NCBI GenBank assembly: GCA_005862285.1
Contig: SZXW01000002.1
Coordinates: 188,849 to 252,848 of the forward strand
Reading direction: 5' to 3'
DNA from: Chlorobium sp.
GTDB taxonomy: Bacteria; Bacteroidota; Chlorobiia; Chlorobiales; Chlorobiaceae
DNA: 64,000 bases
Position numbers and translations under genes: made by a program. The notes beneath the pieces were generated by a model. It saw nothing but the letters and a program-made list of their open reading frames with translations. It was not told where the DNA came from and did not search any database. This document shows, in pieces, positions 36,840 through 46,298 of this stretch; position 1 is the first letter of the stretch, and every line of letters starts with the position of its first letter.

Positions 36840-37400
36840 ATGAAGGTAGAGTCCAGAAAAAGGCAGTTTATTTTGGATGGTAAAATCGAGGCCTGCTTCT
36901 GTGAAGGTTGCGGCCGGATTACAGAAAAAGTTTTTGTCGGTGAGTGGATGCCGAGCGACAAGCCGAAAGACGACGATTTGCTTTCATCCTCTCCACAGAA
37001 AAAGAGCAAGGCGGGAAAAGGCGTTTCCGGCGAAGTCCTGCCTGCTGCCGAAAACCAGTACTGGATCCGCTGTGCGGAGTGCAATCAGGTTTATCTTCTG
37101 AAAGAATGGCAGATACAGATCGATCGTGAAGTGAGCCCTTGTGAACTGAACCCTGAAGAGTGCCAGGTTTGCTCACCTCATGGAATTTATGCGAAAGGGG
37201 ATGCTCTTTATCATCAGTCTATCGGTGAAGTCGGTGTGGTCAGGGAAAAACTTGCGACCGGCAGCGGTGCATATGTCATTATTGTAGAATTCTCGAAAAG
37301 CGGCAGGAAACAGCTGCTTGAAAATGTCCGAGTGAATCCTGTCAAAGAGCAGAGCACGGAGAGTATTACCGATCTTATTAAAATGAAACTTAGACGCTGA
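36840..37400 (+). CDS. Hypothetical protein: split zinc-ribbon N-terminus plus a CarD/TRCF-RID-like C-terminal beta domain
   Basis: 186-aa ORF. The Cys pairs CFCEGC and CAEC are separated by a K/S/D-rich insert. The C-terminal GDALYHQSIGEVGVVREK...GAYVIIVEF resembles the CarD N-terminal pattern. This rests on pattern recognition only. Confidence 0.5.
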   Translation: MKVESRKRQFILDGKIEACFCEGCGRITEKVFVGEWMPSDKPKDDDLLSSSPQKKSKAGKGVSGEVLPAAENQYWIRCAECNQVYLLKEWQIQIDREVSPCELNPEECQVCSPHGIYAKGDALYHQSIGEVGVVREKLATGSGAYVIIVEFSKSGRKQLLENVRVNPVKEQSTESITDLIKMKLRR

Positions 37401-37424
37401 AATTGTAAAAGGGGGTGAATTTTT

Positions 37425-37622
37425 TTGGTTAGTGTGCAGGTCAATGAGAACGAATCAATCGATAAAATGCTGAAACGCTTCAAGAAGAAGTATGAGCGCG
37501 CGGGTGTTTTAAAAGAATTTCGTAAAAACGCATACTTTGTCAAACCTTCGATTGATAACCGGCTGAAGCGTTCGAGATGCAAACGCAGAGCACAGCGGGC
37601 AAATGAAGAACGCAATTCATGA
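37425..37622 (+). CDS. rpsU: 30S ribosomal protein S21
   Basis: 65-aa ORF with a TTG start. (M)[41 protein letters not shown] parallels E. coli S21 [42 protein letters not shown]. Confidence 0.9.
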   Translation: MVSVQVNENESIDKMLKRFKKKYERAGVLKEFRKNAYFVKPSIDNRLKRSRCKRRAQRANEERNS

Positions 37623-37651
37623 TTGATCCGGAGGGAACAGGTTATATGCAA

Positions 37652-37682
37652 GCAGCTCCTTTGCCGGAGTTGCTTTTTTTTT
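37652..37682 (+). terminator. Rho-independent terminator after rpsU
   Basis: The 8-bp stem gcagctcc / ggagttgc (one G-U pair) has a 6-nt loop and is followed by 9 T. Confidence 0.75.
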
Positions 37683-37705
37683 GTCAACTTACAATCCACT
37701 GACTC

Positions 37706-39007
37706 ATGAGAGTTTTCAAAGGTGAAGTGACGGCCCTGCCGCCTGACAAATCAATATCCCATCGTGCCGCCCTTATCGGCTCCCTGTCGGAAGGGGTTAC
37801 CGAGATTACCAACTTTTCCGGAGGTTTCGACAACCAGTCGACTCTGGGAGTTTTGAAAGACACCGGCATTACTCTCAGGCAGGATGAAATAGCTGGCGCC
37901 TACGGACGAAGGATTCGCAGGGTTGTCATGGAGTCTCCGGGTCTGTGGGGTTTCAAGGCTCCATCCTCGCCCCTGAACTGCAATAATTCGGGAAGTACCA
38001 TGCGCATGTTTGCCGGCATTCTTGCCGCCCAGCCATTCGAAAGTGTACTGATAGGAGACAATTCACTGATGAAGCGACCGATGAAACGGATTGCCGATCC
38101 CCTGCGCATGATGGGAGCCGAAATCGAACTCTCTTTATCAGGAACCGCACCGGTCCGGATCAGAGGCAGGAAGGACCTGAAGCCTGTTGAATACCGCCTG
38201 CCGGTCCCGTCTGCGCAGGTCAAGTCCCTTGTGGCCCTTGCCGCACTGCATGCGGAAGGCGAGTCTCGGATCATCGAAACACTCCGCTCCCGTGATCATA
38301 CAGAGGTGATGCTCGGCCTCGAAGCAATCGAGAAAGATGGTGAGCGCATCATTGTGGTGCCCGGCAGAAAGCGGCTGGACGCAAAACCCTTCCTTGTTCC
38401 GGCTGACCCTTCAGCTGCTTGTTTCATTGTTTCGCTCGGCCTGCTTGCCAAAGGGTCGGAAATCATCATCCGTGATGTCTGCCTGAACCCTACCAGGGCG
38501 GCTTTTCTCGATATTCTCAGGGAAGCGGGAGCGGGTATTTCGATCGAAAACGGTCGTGTGATCGGGGGAGAATCCATAGGTGATATCCTGATTGCGAACA
38601 CTTCAGGAATAGCGCCTTTGACAATAAGCGATCCGCAGACTGTCGCGTTCGTTATCGATGAAATTCCCATGCTTGCCGTTCTTTCGGTTTTTGCATCCGG
38701 CAGGTTCGAACTGCACAATGCCGAGGAGCTTCGGACGAAGGAGAGCGACAGGATCGATGCTCTCGTGGTCAATCTGCAGCGGCTCGGGTTCGATTGCGAA
38801 CAGTATCCGGACGGGTTCATCGTCAAGGGCCGCACCACCATACCGCAGGGAACCACGGTTATCGAAAGTTTCGACGATCACAGGATCGCCATGAGCTTCG
38901 CGGTTGCGGGCAGGGCCACGGGATGCGCGTTCGATATTACCGATATCAATGTCGTTGGAGTATCGTTTCCGAATTTCTTCGATATTCTCGACGGGCTGGA
39001 AGCCTGA
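37706..39007 (+). CDS. aroA: 3-phosphoshikimate 1-carboxyvinyltransferase (EPSP synthase)
   Basis: 433-aa ORF with [23 protein letters not shown] and LRTKESDRI. Confidence 0.93.
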   Translation: MRVFKGEVTALPPDKSISHRAALIGSLSEGVTEITNFSGGFDNQSTLGVLKDTGITLRQDEIAGAYGRRIRRVVMESPGLWGFKAPSSPLNCNNSGSTMRMFAGILAAQPFESVLIGDNSLMKRPMKRIADPLRMMGAEIELSLSGTAPVRIRGRKDLKPVEYRLPVPSAQVKSLVALAALHAEGESRIIETLRSRDHTEVMLGLEAIEKDGERIIVVPGRKRLDAKPFLVPADPSAACFIVSLGLLAKGSEIIIRDVCLNPTRAAFLDILREAGAGISIENGRVIGGESIGDILIANTSGIAPLTISDPQTVAFVIDEIPMLAVLSVFASGRFELHNAEELRTKESDRIDALVVNLQRLGFDCEQYPDGFIVKGRTTIPQGTTVIESFDDHRIAMSFAVAGRATGCAFDITDINVVGVSFPNFFDILDGLEA

Positions 39008-39022
39008 TCGCCGACAAGGCAA

Positions 39023-39808
39023 TCAGGCATGGCTTACGGCGTGAAGGTACTCGACAAGTGCGCGGTTGAAGGCATCGGGCTGTTCCATGTTCGAGATGTG
39101 TCCGGCTCCGCTCAGCAGGATCAGCCTTGAACCGCGGACACGGACACTGATATCTTCTGCGGTCTCAGGTGTCGTCATCCTGTCTTCAGCACCGCATATG
39201 ACCAGTACCGGACAGGTGATCGAGCCGAGAAGCGGCGTGGAATCTGACCTTGTCATGATTGCACGCATTGCCGCATTGATCACCTTCGCGCGCTGCCTTC
39301 GTATGATATCCGATACCTCTGCAGGCAGTTCGGGACTCGATTCATATGCTTCAGCGGAAAAATAGTTCGGTACCATTCGCCGGATGGCTTCTTCCGCTCC
39401 CTCAGATTCGACGGCTTTCATGAACTCACCGCGCTGTTCAAGCGCTGCGGGAGCATCAGCTTCAGCCCTGGTATCGCAGAGAACGAGGGAGACGATTTTT
39501 TCAGGGTAGTTACGATAGAACTCGAATGCCTGGTATCCGCCCATGGAAAGTCCCGTAATCGTAGCTTTCACGATGCCGAGAGAGTCCATGAGGGCAGCCA
39601 GCTCATGAGCATAATCCGTGAAATTCCATTCAGCTTTTTCATCAGAACCATCAATACCGAAGGCATTCGGGGCGATGACCCTGTAACCGGCTTTACCGAG
39701 TGCATAGAGCTGGGGTTTCCACATTTCTGCGGAGAGAGGAAAAGCATGAAGCAGAATAAGCGTATGGGCCCCCGGTTTGTCAGGTCCGGCCTGCAGGTAT
39801 GTCAGCAT
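39023..39808 (-). CDS. Alpha/beta-fold hydrolase
   Basis: 261-aa ORF with the nucleophile elbow GLSMGG, the oxyanion region LLHAFP and a C-terminal GAGHISN. Confidence 0.8.
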   Translation of the reverse strand: MLTYLQAGPDKPGAHTLILLHAFPLSAEMWKPQLYALGKAGYRVIAPNAFGIDGSDEKAEWNFTDYAHELAALMDSLGIVKATITGLSMGGYQAFEFYRNYPEKIVSLVLCDTRAEADAPAALEQRGEFMKAVESEGAEEAIRRMVPNYFSAEAYESSPELPAEVSDIIRRQRAKVINAAMRAIMTRSDSTPLLGSITCPVLVICGAEDRMTTPETAEDISVRVRGSRLILLSGAGHISNMEQPDAFNRALVEYLHAVSHA

Positions 39809-39811
39809 TGC

Positions 39812-40135
39812 TCAGTTTTCCTGGAGTTTCGGATGACCCTTGATTTCCCTGATGATGCTGTTTGCTTCATCGAGGATTTTTTTCGCCTCGTCGCGGGCCG
39901 TGTCGATAATTTCCTGTGAACGCTTTTTGGCTTCGTTGCTGTATACGACATCCTGTTCGTTGCTTTCGTAATAGTCACTCGCCTTGTCGAGTGCGTTTTT
40001 GATCGTGCCGGTTATGATCTGCTGGGTTTCCGTTCCCTTGTGCGGAGCGAAAAGCAAGCCCATGATCGTTCCTGCAGCAGCGCCAAGAACGGCACCGAAG
40101 AAAAGTCCCTTGTAAAACTTGTCCTGTTGCTCCAT
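39812..40135 (-). CDS. YtxH-like small membrane-associated stress protein
   Basis: 107-aa ORF. The N-terminal Gly/Ala helix GLFFGAVLGAAAGTIMGLLFAPHKGTE is followed by a charged coiled region. Confidence 0.7.
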   Translation of the reverse strand: MEQQDKFYKGLFFGAVLGAAAGTIMGLLFAPHKGTETQQIITGTIKNALDKASDYYESNEQDVVYSNEAKKRSQEIIDTARDEAKKILDEANSIIREIKGHPKLQEN

Positions 40136-40172
40136 GGTAATCTATGTTTTTTTTTACCGGTAATATACGATT

Positions 40173-41582
40173 CTATCGGCGTATCATGTCCATAATCTCT
40201 TCACTTGATTCGACTGCCTTTTCAACCAGATCAGGCCGGCAGAGAAGCCGGAATTTCTTTGTATAACGTTCAAAAGAGAGGATAAAATCCGATCGGAAAA
40301 CCGATTCATTCAGATCGTCGAAACAGATGTACTCTGAATCGAACTCCAGGGAATAGTGAATATGTTCCGAGCGGGTTGGATAGACTCTCAGCTCTTTCAG
40401 ATCCGCATAATCGAAAATATCCTTTTTTGATGGAGGATCGATCAGTACTTCATGGCCGTGCAGGCCAAGATGATACTTCCGGTCAAGCAGCCGGCAGATG
40501 TCGAGTTCCTTTGCTCGCCTCGTTGCGCTGTCGCTGCTGTACATGAACCATTGTTCGTCAGCCTCCTGTGAATCTTCGAGGTAAGGCTGGAGGGTAACCG
40601 CCCGTTTATAGACCCTGCGCATCAGGATATCCTCGAGAAGGGAGTTGAGCGGATGTGATTTGTCGGGAATCTGCTGTTTCAGTTCATGAAGCACCCTGTC
40701 ATCTGCATTGTCATAGAAAAGCTCCCTCATGGCGGTTGCTGTCATCAGGTGTTCCTGAGCGATATCCTGGAGCAGCCTGCGAAGCATGGCTGAAAGCGCT
40801 CTGCTGGTGTGATGCCAGTAGACGTTGCGCATCATCATGTATTTAGCGAAAAGAAGGCTTTCGAGCGGCGCGATCCCTTTTTCCGTGATGGCGAACCTTT
40901 CCCGTTCCGGGTCAGGTACGAACGATTCTATCAATCGCTCGATATCGATACTGCCATACGGAATATTGCAGTGGTGCGCATCGCGCATGAGATAGTCCAT
41001 TTTGTCCGGATCGAGCGTTCCACTGATCAGTTTGCTGAAACGGCTGCCGGATGCGCCTGTAATGAGCTTGATGACCGATTCGGGCGAAACCTTCCAGTCT
41101 TCATGCAGAATATCAGCTATAGACGGCAGCGTGGAATGCTCTTCGTAAATGAACCGCCTGCATAGCTCCTCGTGATGAGAGAAGACAGGTTCATTGCCGT
41201 ACATGGGGATCTGTTCCTCGATGATGTGGGCATGCGGGTAATGGCCGATATCATGGAGCAGGCAGGCGGAAAGCAGTATGCTGCAGTTGTGGCTGTCGAA
41301 CCTGAAACTGTCGTTCTGCAGGCTCTGGGCAAGTTCGCTGGTCAGCATACGCTGCAGGATAAGCTTCATCAGGTGATAGACACCGATCGAATGCTCGAAA
41401 CGGGTATGGGTCGCGCCGGGATAGACCTGCTGCGAAAACGAGAGCTGCCTGATGCCTTTTAGCCGAAGAAACGAGGGATGGGAAAGAATTTTTTTCAGCG
41501 GTGCGCTCAACGGAATGTGGCCCCAGATCGGAAGGCGGATGAATCCCCCGTCGGAATGAAAAAGCAGGTGTTCGGCTATCAT
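40173..41582 (-). CDS. HD-domain phosphohydrolase (dNTP triphosphohydrolase-like)
   Basis: It has THTRFEHSIGV, LLHDIGHYPHAH and DPDKMDYLMRD. The ORF track extends to 41645; the ATG at 41582 (MIAEHLL...) is the more conservative start. Confidence 0.8.
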   Translation of the reverse strand: MIAEHLLFHSDGGFIRLPIWGHIPLSAPLKKILSHPSFLRLKGIRQLSFSQQVYPGATHTRFEHSIGVYHLMKLILQRMLTSELAQSLQNDSFRFDSHNCSILLSACLLHDIGHYPHAHIIEEQIPMYGNEPVFSHHEELCRRFIYEEHSTLPSIADILHEDWKVSPESVIKLITGASGSRFSKLISGTLDPDKMDYLMRDAHHCNIPYGSIDIERLIESFVPDPERERFAITEKGIAPLESLLFAKYMMMRNVYWHHTSRALSAMLRRLLQDIAQEHLMTATAMRELFYDNADDRVLHELKQQIPDKSHPLNSLLEDILMRRVYKRAVTLQPYLEDSQEADEQWFMYSSDSATRRAKELDICRLLDRKYHLGLHGHEVLIDPPSKKDIFDYADLKELRVYPTRSEHIHYSLEFDSEYICFDDLNESVFRSDFILSFERYTKKFRLLCRPDLVEKAVESSEEIMDMIRR

Positions 41583-41730
41583 GGAATTTGCGAGGATGAT
41601 GTCCTTTGGATTTTTCCAAGATACGCAACAAAACAAATCACACAAACCGGCATTAGCATGAGATCAGCCGGCTATTACCGGCGATTATAGTTCGCAGATG
41701 GGTATGAGTTTGCAATAGCGGCAATGGGGC

Positions 41731-41764
41731 AAAAAAAAACCACTGTTTTGCGGCAGTGGTTTTT
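41731..41764. terminator. Terminator hairpin downstream of the RRM protein gene (bidirectional A-run/T-run)
   Basis: The sequence is aaaaaaaaa-ccactg-ttttgcgg-cagtgg-ttttt. Confidence 0.72.
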
Positions 41765-41786
41765 CGTATTTCCAGAGGATAAAGGC

Positions 41787-42059
41787 TTAATACCTTGAGC
41801 GGGAAGCGGGACGCTCTTCGCGTGGCTTGGCTTCGTTCACTTTGATGGTTCTGCCGTTTAAATCACTGTTGTTCAAAGCGTTGATTGCTTCTGTAGCTTC
41901 ATTGTTATTGGGCATTTCAACAAATCCGAACCCTTTGGAACGTCCGGTGAATTTATCGCTGATTACGTTTGATTTCGATACCTCGCCGAATTCACCGAAT
42001 GTGTTGCGAAGATCGGCTTCAGTTACGCTATAATCAAGATTGCCAATGTAAATATTCAT
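41787..42059 (-). CDS. RRM-type RNA-binding protein
   Basis: 90-aa ORF with RNP2 IYIGNL and RNP1 KGFGFVEM. A long AT-rich 5' leader lies at 42060-42244. Confidence 0.9.
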   Translation of the reverse strand: MNIYIGNLDYSVTEADLRNTFGEFGEVSKSNVISDKFTGRSKGFGFVEMPNNNEATEAINALNNSDLNGRTIKVNEAKPREERPASRSRY

Positions 42060-42244
42060 TTTGTCTCATAGTAGTTCGTGCTTTTATCAAAGAGAGAAAG
42101 ACTTCCAAATAATCAAAAGCACAAATCACTTGAGAGCTATCAGGCCAACTACTGGCCTAACATCATATGTTACTCTTTTTTTTTCAAAAAAAAAAGAAAA
42201 AGTAAATGCACGAAATAAATTTCCGAAAATGAAGCCCCTCCGGT

Positions 42245-43753
42245 TCATGTTTGCGCGGTTGCTTTTTGTGCCTCTTTGAGGTGAAGCTGGCAGACTTTCC
42301 GGAAATGGTGACCATAAATTGCCAGGGTCACGGCAAGCGGAAGGGACTGCTGGCGGTTGAAAAAGGTCCAGATAAGCATTTTCCAGTACTGGTAACGTTC
42401 CCGTCCAATCACACCGAGCAGGACGGCCGAGCGGGCGAATGCCATCAACTGGCTCACTCGGAACCTGCTTTTGAATCGTGGGGCCTGGTACTCACTGAGC
42501 AACGTTTTGATGCGTTGATAGTAGTGTTTTGGTGTATACAGATACTCCATCATCTCCCTGTACCCTTTTTTCAGGATGTCCGGGTCCATTTTCGGAATGA
42601 TGTTGGTGTTGCTGTCTGCATTGTCACCGCTCGAATTATGCAGCAGCCGACCTTCTTTCTTCATGCGTTCGTAAAGCCTTGTACCGGGAAGCGCCTGAAG
42701 AATGCCTACCATAGCCGTCACGATGCCGCTGTTCTGGATAAATTCGATCTGTTTCTGGAAGATCGAGTTTGTATCGGAGTCGAAACCGACGATGAACCCT
42801 CCCTGGACTTCTATTCCTGCCTGCTGGATTTTCCTGATATTCTCGAGCATGTTCCTCGAAGTGTTGTGCTGTTTACCGCATGCCTGAAGTGCAGTCTCGT
42901 CAGGAGTTTCGATGCCGATGAAAACCTGGGTGAAACCGGCCTGAGCCATGAGGCTCATAAGCTCGGGATCATCGGCAAGGTTGATCGAACATTCCGTATA
43001 GAGCTTTGTTGTCGTCTTGTTGCCTTTCTGCCATTCGATCAGCTTCGGAAGCAGTACTTTTTTCAGGTATGATTTGTGGGCTATGAAATTGTCATCGACA
43101 AAAAAGATGCTGTCCTTCCAGCCGAGTTTGCGTAGAGCGTCAAGTTCGCCTATAATCTGGTCACCGGATTTTGTACGGATTTTATGGCCGAGCATTGCCG
43201 TCACATTGCAGAAATCGCACTTGTAGGGACAACCTCTTGAAAACTGCACAGCCATCGAGGCATATTTGTGTATATCGAGAAGATGCCAATGTGGCGCAGG
43301 AGTGAGGCAGAGATCAGGAAACTGCTCTGTAGAGTAACATTTCTGCAGCGATCCGTTCTCAAGATCTTCAAGGAAAGGCCGGAGCGTAAGTTCTGCTTCG
43401 TTCAGCACGAAATGGTCCACGGAGGGGAAGGCTTCATGTTCTGTGGTAAAAAGAGGGCCTCCGGCAATGACCTTCAGTCCGGCCTGATTGCATTGAGCTA
43501 TCACCTTGCGCGCGGAATCCTGCTGAACGGTCATCGCGCTTATCCAGGCCATATCGGCCCAATCGATATCCTTCTGATCAAGTTTAACGACATTGAGGTC
43601 GATCAGTCTGCGTTCCCAGCTTTCGGGGAGCATGGCCGCTACGGTCAGCAGGCCGAGGGGCGGGAGCGAAGCTTTTTTGTTGACGAATTTAAGGGCATGC
43701 TTGAAACTCCAGAACGTGTCGGGGAATTCAGGATAGATAAGAAGGATTTTCAT
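42245..43753 (-). CDS. B12-binding radical SAM protein (class B, BchE/HpnP-like, with a C-terminal DUF4070-like region)
   Basis: The N-terminus MKILLIYPEF...PPLGLL is a B12-binding domain, and the radical SAM cluster motif is CPYKCDFC. The ORF track start at 43774 is 7 codons upstream. Confidence 0.85.
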   Translation of the reverse strand: MKILLIYPEFPDTFWSFKHALKFVNKKASLPPLGLLTVAAMLPESWERRLIDLNVVKLDQKDIDWADMAWISAMTVQQDSARKVIAQCNQAGLKVIAGGPLFTTEHEAFPSVDHFVLNEAELTLRPFLEDLENGSLQKCYSTEQFPDLCLTPAPHWHLLDIHKYASMAVQFSRGCPYKCDFCNVTAMLGHKIRTKSGDQIIGELDALRKLGWKDSIFFVDDNFIAHKSYLKKVLLPKLIEWQKGNKTTTKLYTECSINLADDPELMSLMAQAGFTQVFIGIETPDETALQACGKQHNTSRNMLENIRKIQQAGIEVQGGFIVGFDSDTNSIFQKQIEFIQNSGIVTAMVGILQALPGTRLYERMKKEGRLLHNSSGDNADSNTNIIPKMDPDILKKGYREMMEYLYTPKHYYQRIKTLLSEYQAPRFKSRFRVSQLMAFARSAVLLGVIGRERYQYWKMLIWTFFNRQQSLPLAVTLAIYGHHFRKVCQLHLKEAQKATAQT

Positions 43754-43932
43754 CGTATCGTAGCCTCCGGGCAATAACAGCTTTTCATTGAAAATGGGTG
43801 GAAAATCAGATTAAGAAATGATTTTATATTGTCTTGATTAAACGCCTGAAGATTCGTTCAAAGTTCCATAAGGAATTATTGCTCCGGCAACAATAAGTCG
43901 CAGGGAGATCCATCCAAAGGAGCTGTTATTCA

Positions 43933-44075
43933 GCAATGAAGCGTAGCGGAATGAAGAATCCATTTTATTACTATACCGCATTACCCCGGGTCTGCACCCG
44001 GGGCTACCGATATGTCATCCCTACGGGATTGAAGATGGTACCTGGGGATTGGGGAGTCCTCAGTCCTCAGCACTG
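43933..44075. repeat. Composite intergenic repeat: a GAATGAAGAATCC-family arm plus an inverted copy of the 4616-4700 unit, abutting the lptB stop codon
   Basis: It has gcgtagcggaatgaagaatcc (43941-43961), then the hairpin ccccggg-tctgca-cccgggg, gctacc, atccctacggga, and cctcagtcctcagcact ending 3 nt from the lptB stop. Confidence 0.6.
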
Positions 44076-44077
44076 TT

Positions 44078-44812
44078 TCAGTACCTGTCGAGGGAAAATT
44101 TTTCGCCAAGGTACATTTTCCGGACTTCGGGGTGTGCAGCGATCTCTTCAGGGGTTCCCTGCATGAAAATGCTTCCGTCAAAAAGCAGGTAGGCATGATT
44201 GGTGATGGACAGGGTCTCATGGACGTTATGATCGGTGATGAGAACCCCGATATCGCGTTTGACGAGCCCTTCGACAATCTCCTGGATATCTTCGACCGCA
44301 ATTGGGTCGACTCCCGCAAAAGGTTCGTCGAGCAGAATGAATTTCGGGTCGAGTGCAAGTGCCCTCGCAATTTCAGTCCGGCGGCGTTCTCCTCCCGAGA
44401 GTGCATATCCTTTGCTTTTACGAATACCGGTAATGCTGAGATCATTAAGCAGTTTTTCGGTTTTTTCATTTCTTTCCTCTTTCGAGAGGGTGGTGAATTC
44501 GAGGACACTCAGAATGTTTTCTTCAACCGAGAGGTTCCGGAAAACCGAAGCTTCCTGTGGAAGATAGCCGATGCCGAGTCGGGCTCTTTTATACATGGGA
44601 AGTTGGGTGATGTTTTCCGAATCGAGGAACACATCGCCGCCGTCAGGCCTGACCAGCCCGACCATCATGTAGAATGTCGTGGTTTTGCCTGCGCCGTTCG
44701 GCCCAAGAAGCCCCACGATTTCACCCTGCCTGACTTCAAGGGTTGAACTCTTGACGACCTCACGCCGGTTGTAAATCTTTTTTAACCTGCTGCAGCTCAA
44801 AATTGATTTCAT
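44078..44812 (-). CDS. lptB: LPS export ABC transporter ATP-binding protein
   Basis: 244-aa ORF with [24 protein letters not shown] and [11 protein letters not shown], which is characteristic of LptB. Confidence 0.88.
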   Translation of the reverse strand: MKSILSCSRLKKIYNRREVVKSSTLEVRQGEIVGLLGPNGAGKTTTFYMMVGLVRPDGGDVFLDSENITQLPMYKRARLGIGYLPQEASVFRNLSVEENILSVLEFTTLSKEERNEKTEKLLNDLSITGIRKSKGYALSGGERRRTEIARALALDPKFILLDEPFAGVDPIAVEDIQEIVEGLVKRDIGVLITDHNVHETLSITNHAYLLFDGSIFMQGTPEEIAAHPEVRKMYLGEKFSLDRY

Positions 44813-45054
44813 GCCTGTACTGGAATGGTATCGTTACTCTCTTTTCCGGTATATCGCTGTTCTGCCGGAATTTTATCCAATTTTTTCAAATCTACAATTA
44901 TTAATCCGGCGATTATAAGTATCAGCTATATTTTAGAACAAACTCCTTGTTTTTGTCATTCTGTGTTCCCCGTATCCGGCAGTTACCGCAGACGGATCAT
45001 GAACAATAAATCCGTTTTGGTCAGTGAATATGCTAAAATCGGTACTTGTTCATG

Positions 45055-45138
45055 GAAAGCGTAGCGAAGAATCCGGATGTTTTTGTTTTACAAGAAGATG
45101 GATTCTTCATTCCGCTCTGCTTCATTGCGGAATGACAG
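45055..45138. repeat. Inverted-repeat element of the CGAAGAATCC / GGATTCTTC family
   Basis: The left arm is gaaagcgtagcgaagaatcc and the right arm is ggattcttcattccgctctgcttcattgcggaatgaca. The right arm is the near-exact reverse complement of 43941-43961. Confidence 0.55.
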
Positions 45139-45177
45139 ATTCGTTGCATGGATTTATTATTGCCGGAGCAATAAAGC

Positions 45178-45215
45178 ACAAAAGGCGGCCGGTCAGGAGA
45201 GACAGGCCGCCTTTT
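45178..45215 (-). terminator. Rho-independent terminator after bchU
   Basis: On the minus strand the stem aaaggcggcc / ggccgccttt is followed by T-rich ttgtgctttatt. Confidence 0.75.
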
Positions 45216-45232
45216 ACAGCTGTTACTGAGGA

Positions 45233-46252
45233 TCAGCCCTGTTTTACCGCTTCGCACAGGAGGTGTTCGTATCTCCTTACGATACGGACATTGGTGAAGC
45301 CGATCGATTCGAGGATCGGTTTGTAGGCGTCCTGCTGCTTGAAGCCGAGCACGCTGAACGGCATGCCTGCGCCGAGAATATAATGGCTGAGGTAGTCGAA
45401 GTTCGGTTTCTTTTCATCGTCGATGATCATGTCGAGGATGAGCACCTTGCCTCCGGCCGGAAGGGCATCGTAGGCTTTTTTGCACATCATGGCGGTAAGC
45501 TGTTCGTTTGCCGAATAGAGGATACGGCAGAACATGACGGCATCGGCCTGGGGATAGACATCTTTGTAGATATCGACCGCGGTGCCCCTGAGGCGGTTGC
45601 CGAGCCCTTTTTCAGCTGCGTTTTCGTTCACCAGTTCAATGGCTCCTGGCAGGTTCAGGATCGTTGAATCGAGCTGGGGATATTTTTTCAGCAGTGCGGC
45701 GGAAATATCACCGATTCCGCCTCCGACGTCGACAAGGGTTTTTGCATTTTCCAGTTCGGTTTCTTCGAGGAGAAGCTTGATGGCGAAGTATGCATTGCTG
45801 CGGTGAATTTCCTCGAAATACCAGTTGTCCTCGCGCGTTACGGGAGGATAGGGGACTTCGCCCTTGAAGTTCAGCGTGCCCCTTACGGCGCTGGCCATAT
45901 CCATGTAGAAATTGTCCGCGAGGTGGGCCATGGCTTTAGCCACCGGGGTCATATAGACGTTCGGGCGGTCCTTGTCCGGAATGAACATGTTTTTCGCGAA
46001 GGGGCTGAGGTCCCATTTGCCTTCTGCCTGCACGGTGATTCCGATCTGGCGGAGTGCTTCGAGAAGCATGCCGAGCCTTGGAGGGACTGCACCGGCAGCG
46101 GCTGCAAGGGCTGCCGTCTCTTTCGGTCCGTCGGCAAAGTGGTTGAAAAGGTCGAGGTCGAGGGCGGCTTTCAGACAGCCGAACTCGACAAGCCCTTTGA
46201 ATATGAGTTCGTTGGCCCTGTCGGTTTGCTGAAGCAACTCAATGTCATTCAT
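45233..46252 (-). CDS. bchU: Bacteriochlorophyllide c C-20 methyltransferase
   Basis: The 339-aa ORF is collinear and highly similar to the remembered Cba. tepidum BchU: ANELIFKGL, VPYPPVTREDN.YFEEIHRSNA, VGGGIGDISAA, STILNLPGAI.LVNENAAEKG, FCRILYSANEQL, NFDYLSHYILGAGMPFSVLGFK. Confidence 0.93.
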   Translation of the reverse strand: MNDIELLQQTDRANELIFKGLVEFGCLKAALDLDLFNHFADGPKETAALAAAAGAVPPRLGMLLEALRQIGITVQAEGKWDLSPFAKNMFIPDKDRPNVYMTPVAKAMAHLADNFYMDMASAVRGTLNFKGEVPYPPVTREDNWYFEEIHRSNAYFAIKLLLEETELENAKTLVDVGGGIGDISAALLKKYPQLDSTILNLPGAIELVNENAAEKGLGNRLRGTAVDIYKDVYPQADAVMFCRILYSANEQLTAMMCKKAYDALPAGGKVLILDMIIDDEKKPNFDYLSHYILGAGMPFSVLGFKQQDAYKPILESIGFTNVRIVRRYEHLLCEAVKQG

Positions 46253-46298
46253 GGTACAAGATTGGTTTTCGGATTTAAAGAAAATGGTGCGGTTTTAA

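Noticed and set aside
43941-45120. lptB flanked by inverted repeat arms, read as a composite transposon or invertible segment.
   Set aside because: There is no transposase or recombinase, the arms are only ~21 nt, and the same repeat family is scattered in other spacers. Coincidental flanking by dispersed repeats is the simpler explanation; it is noted under the repeat finding instead.
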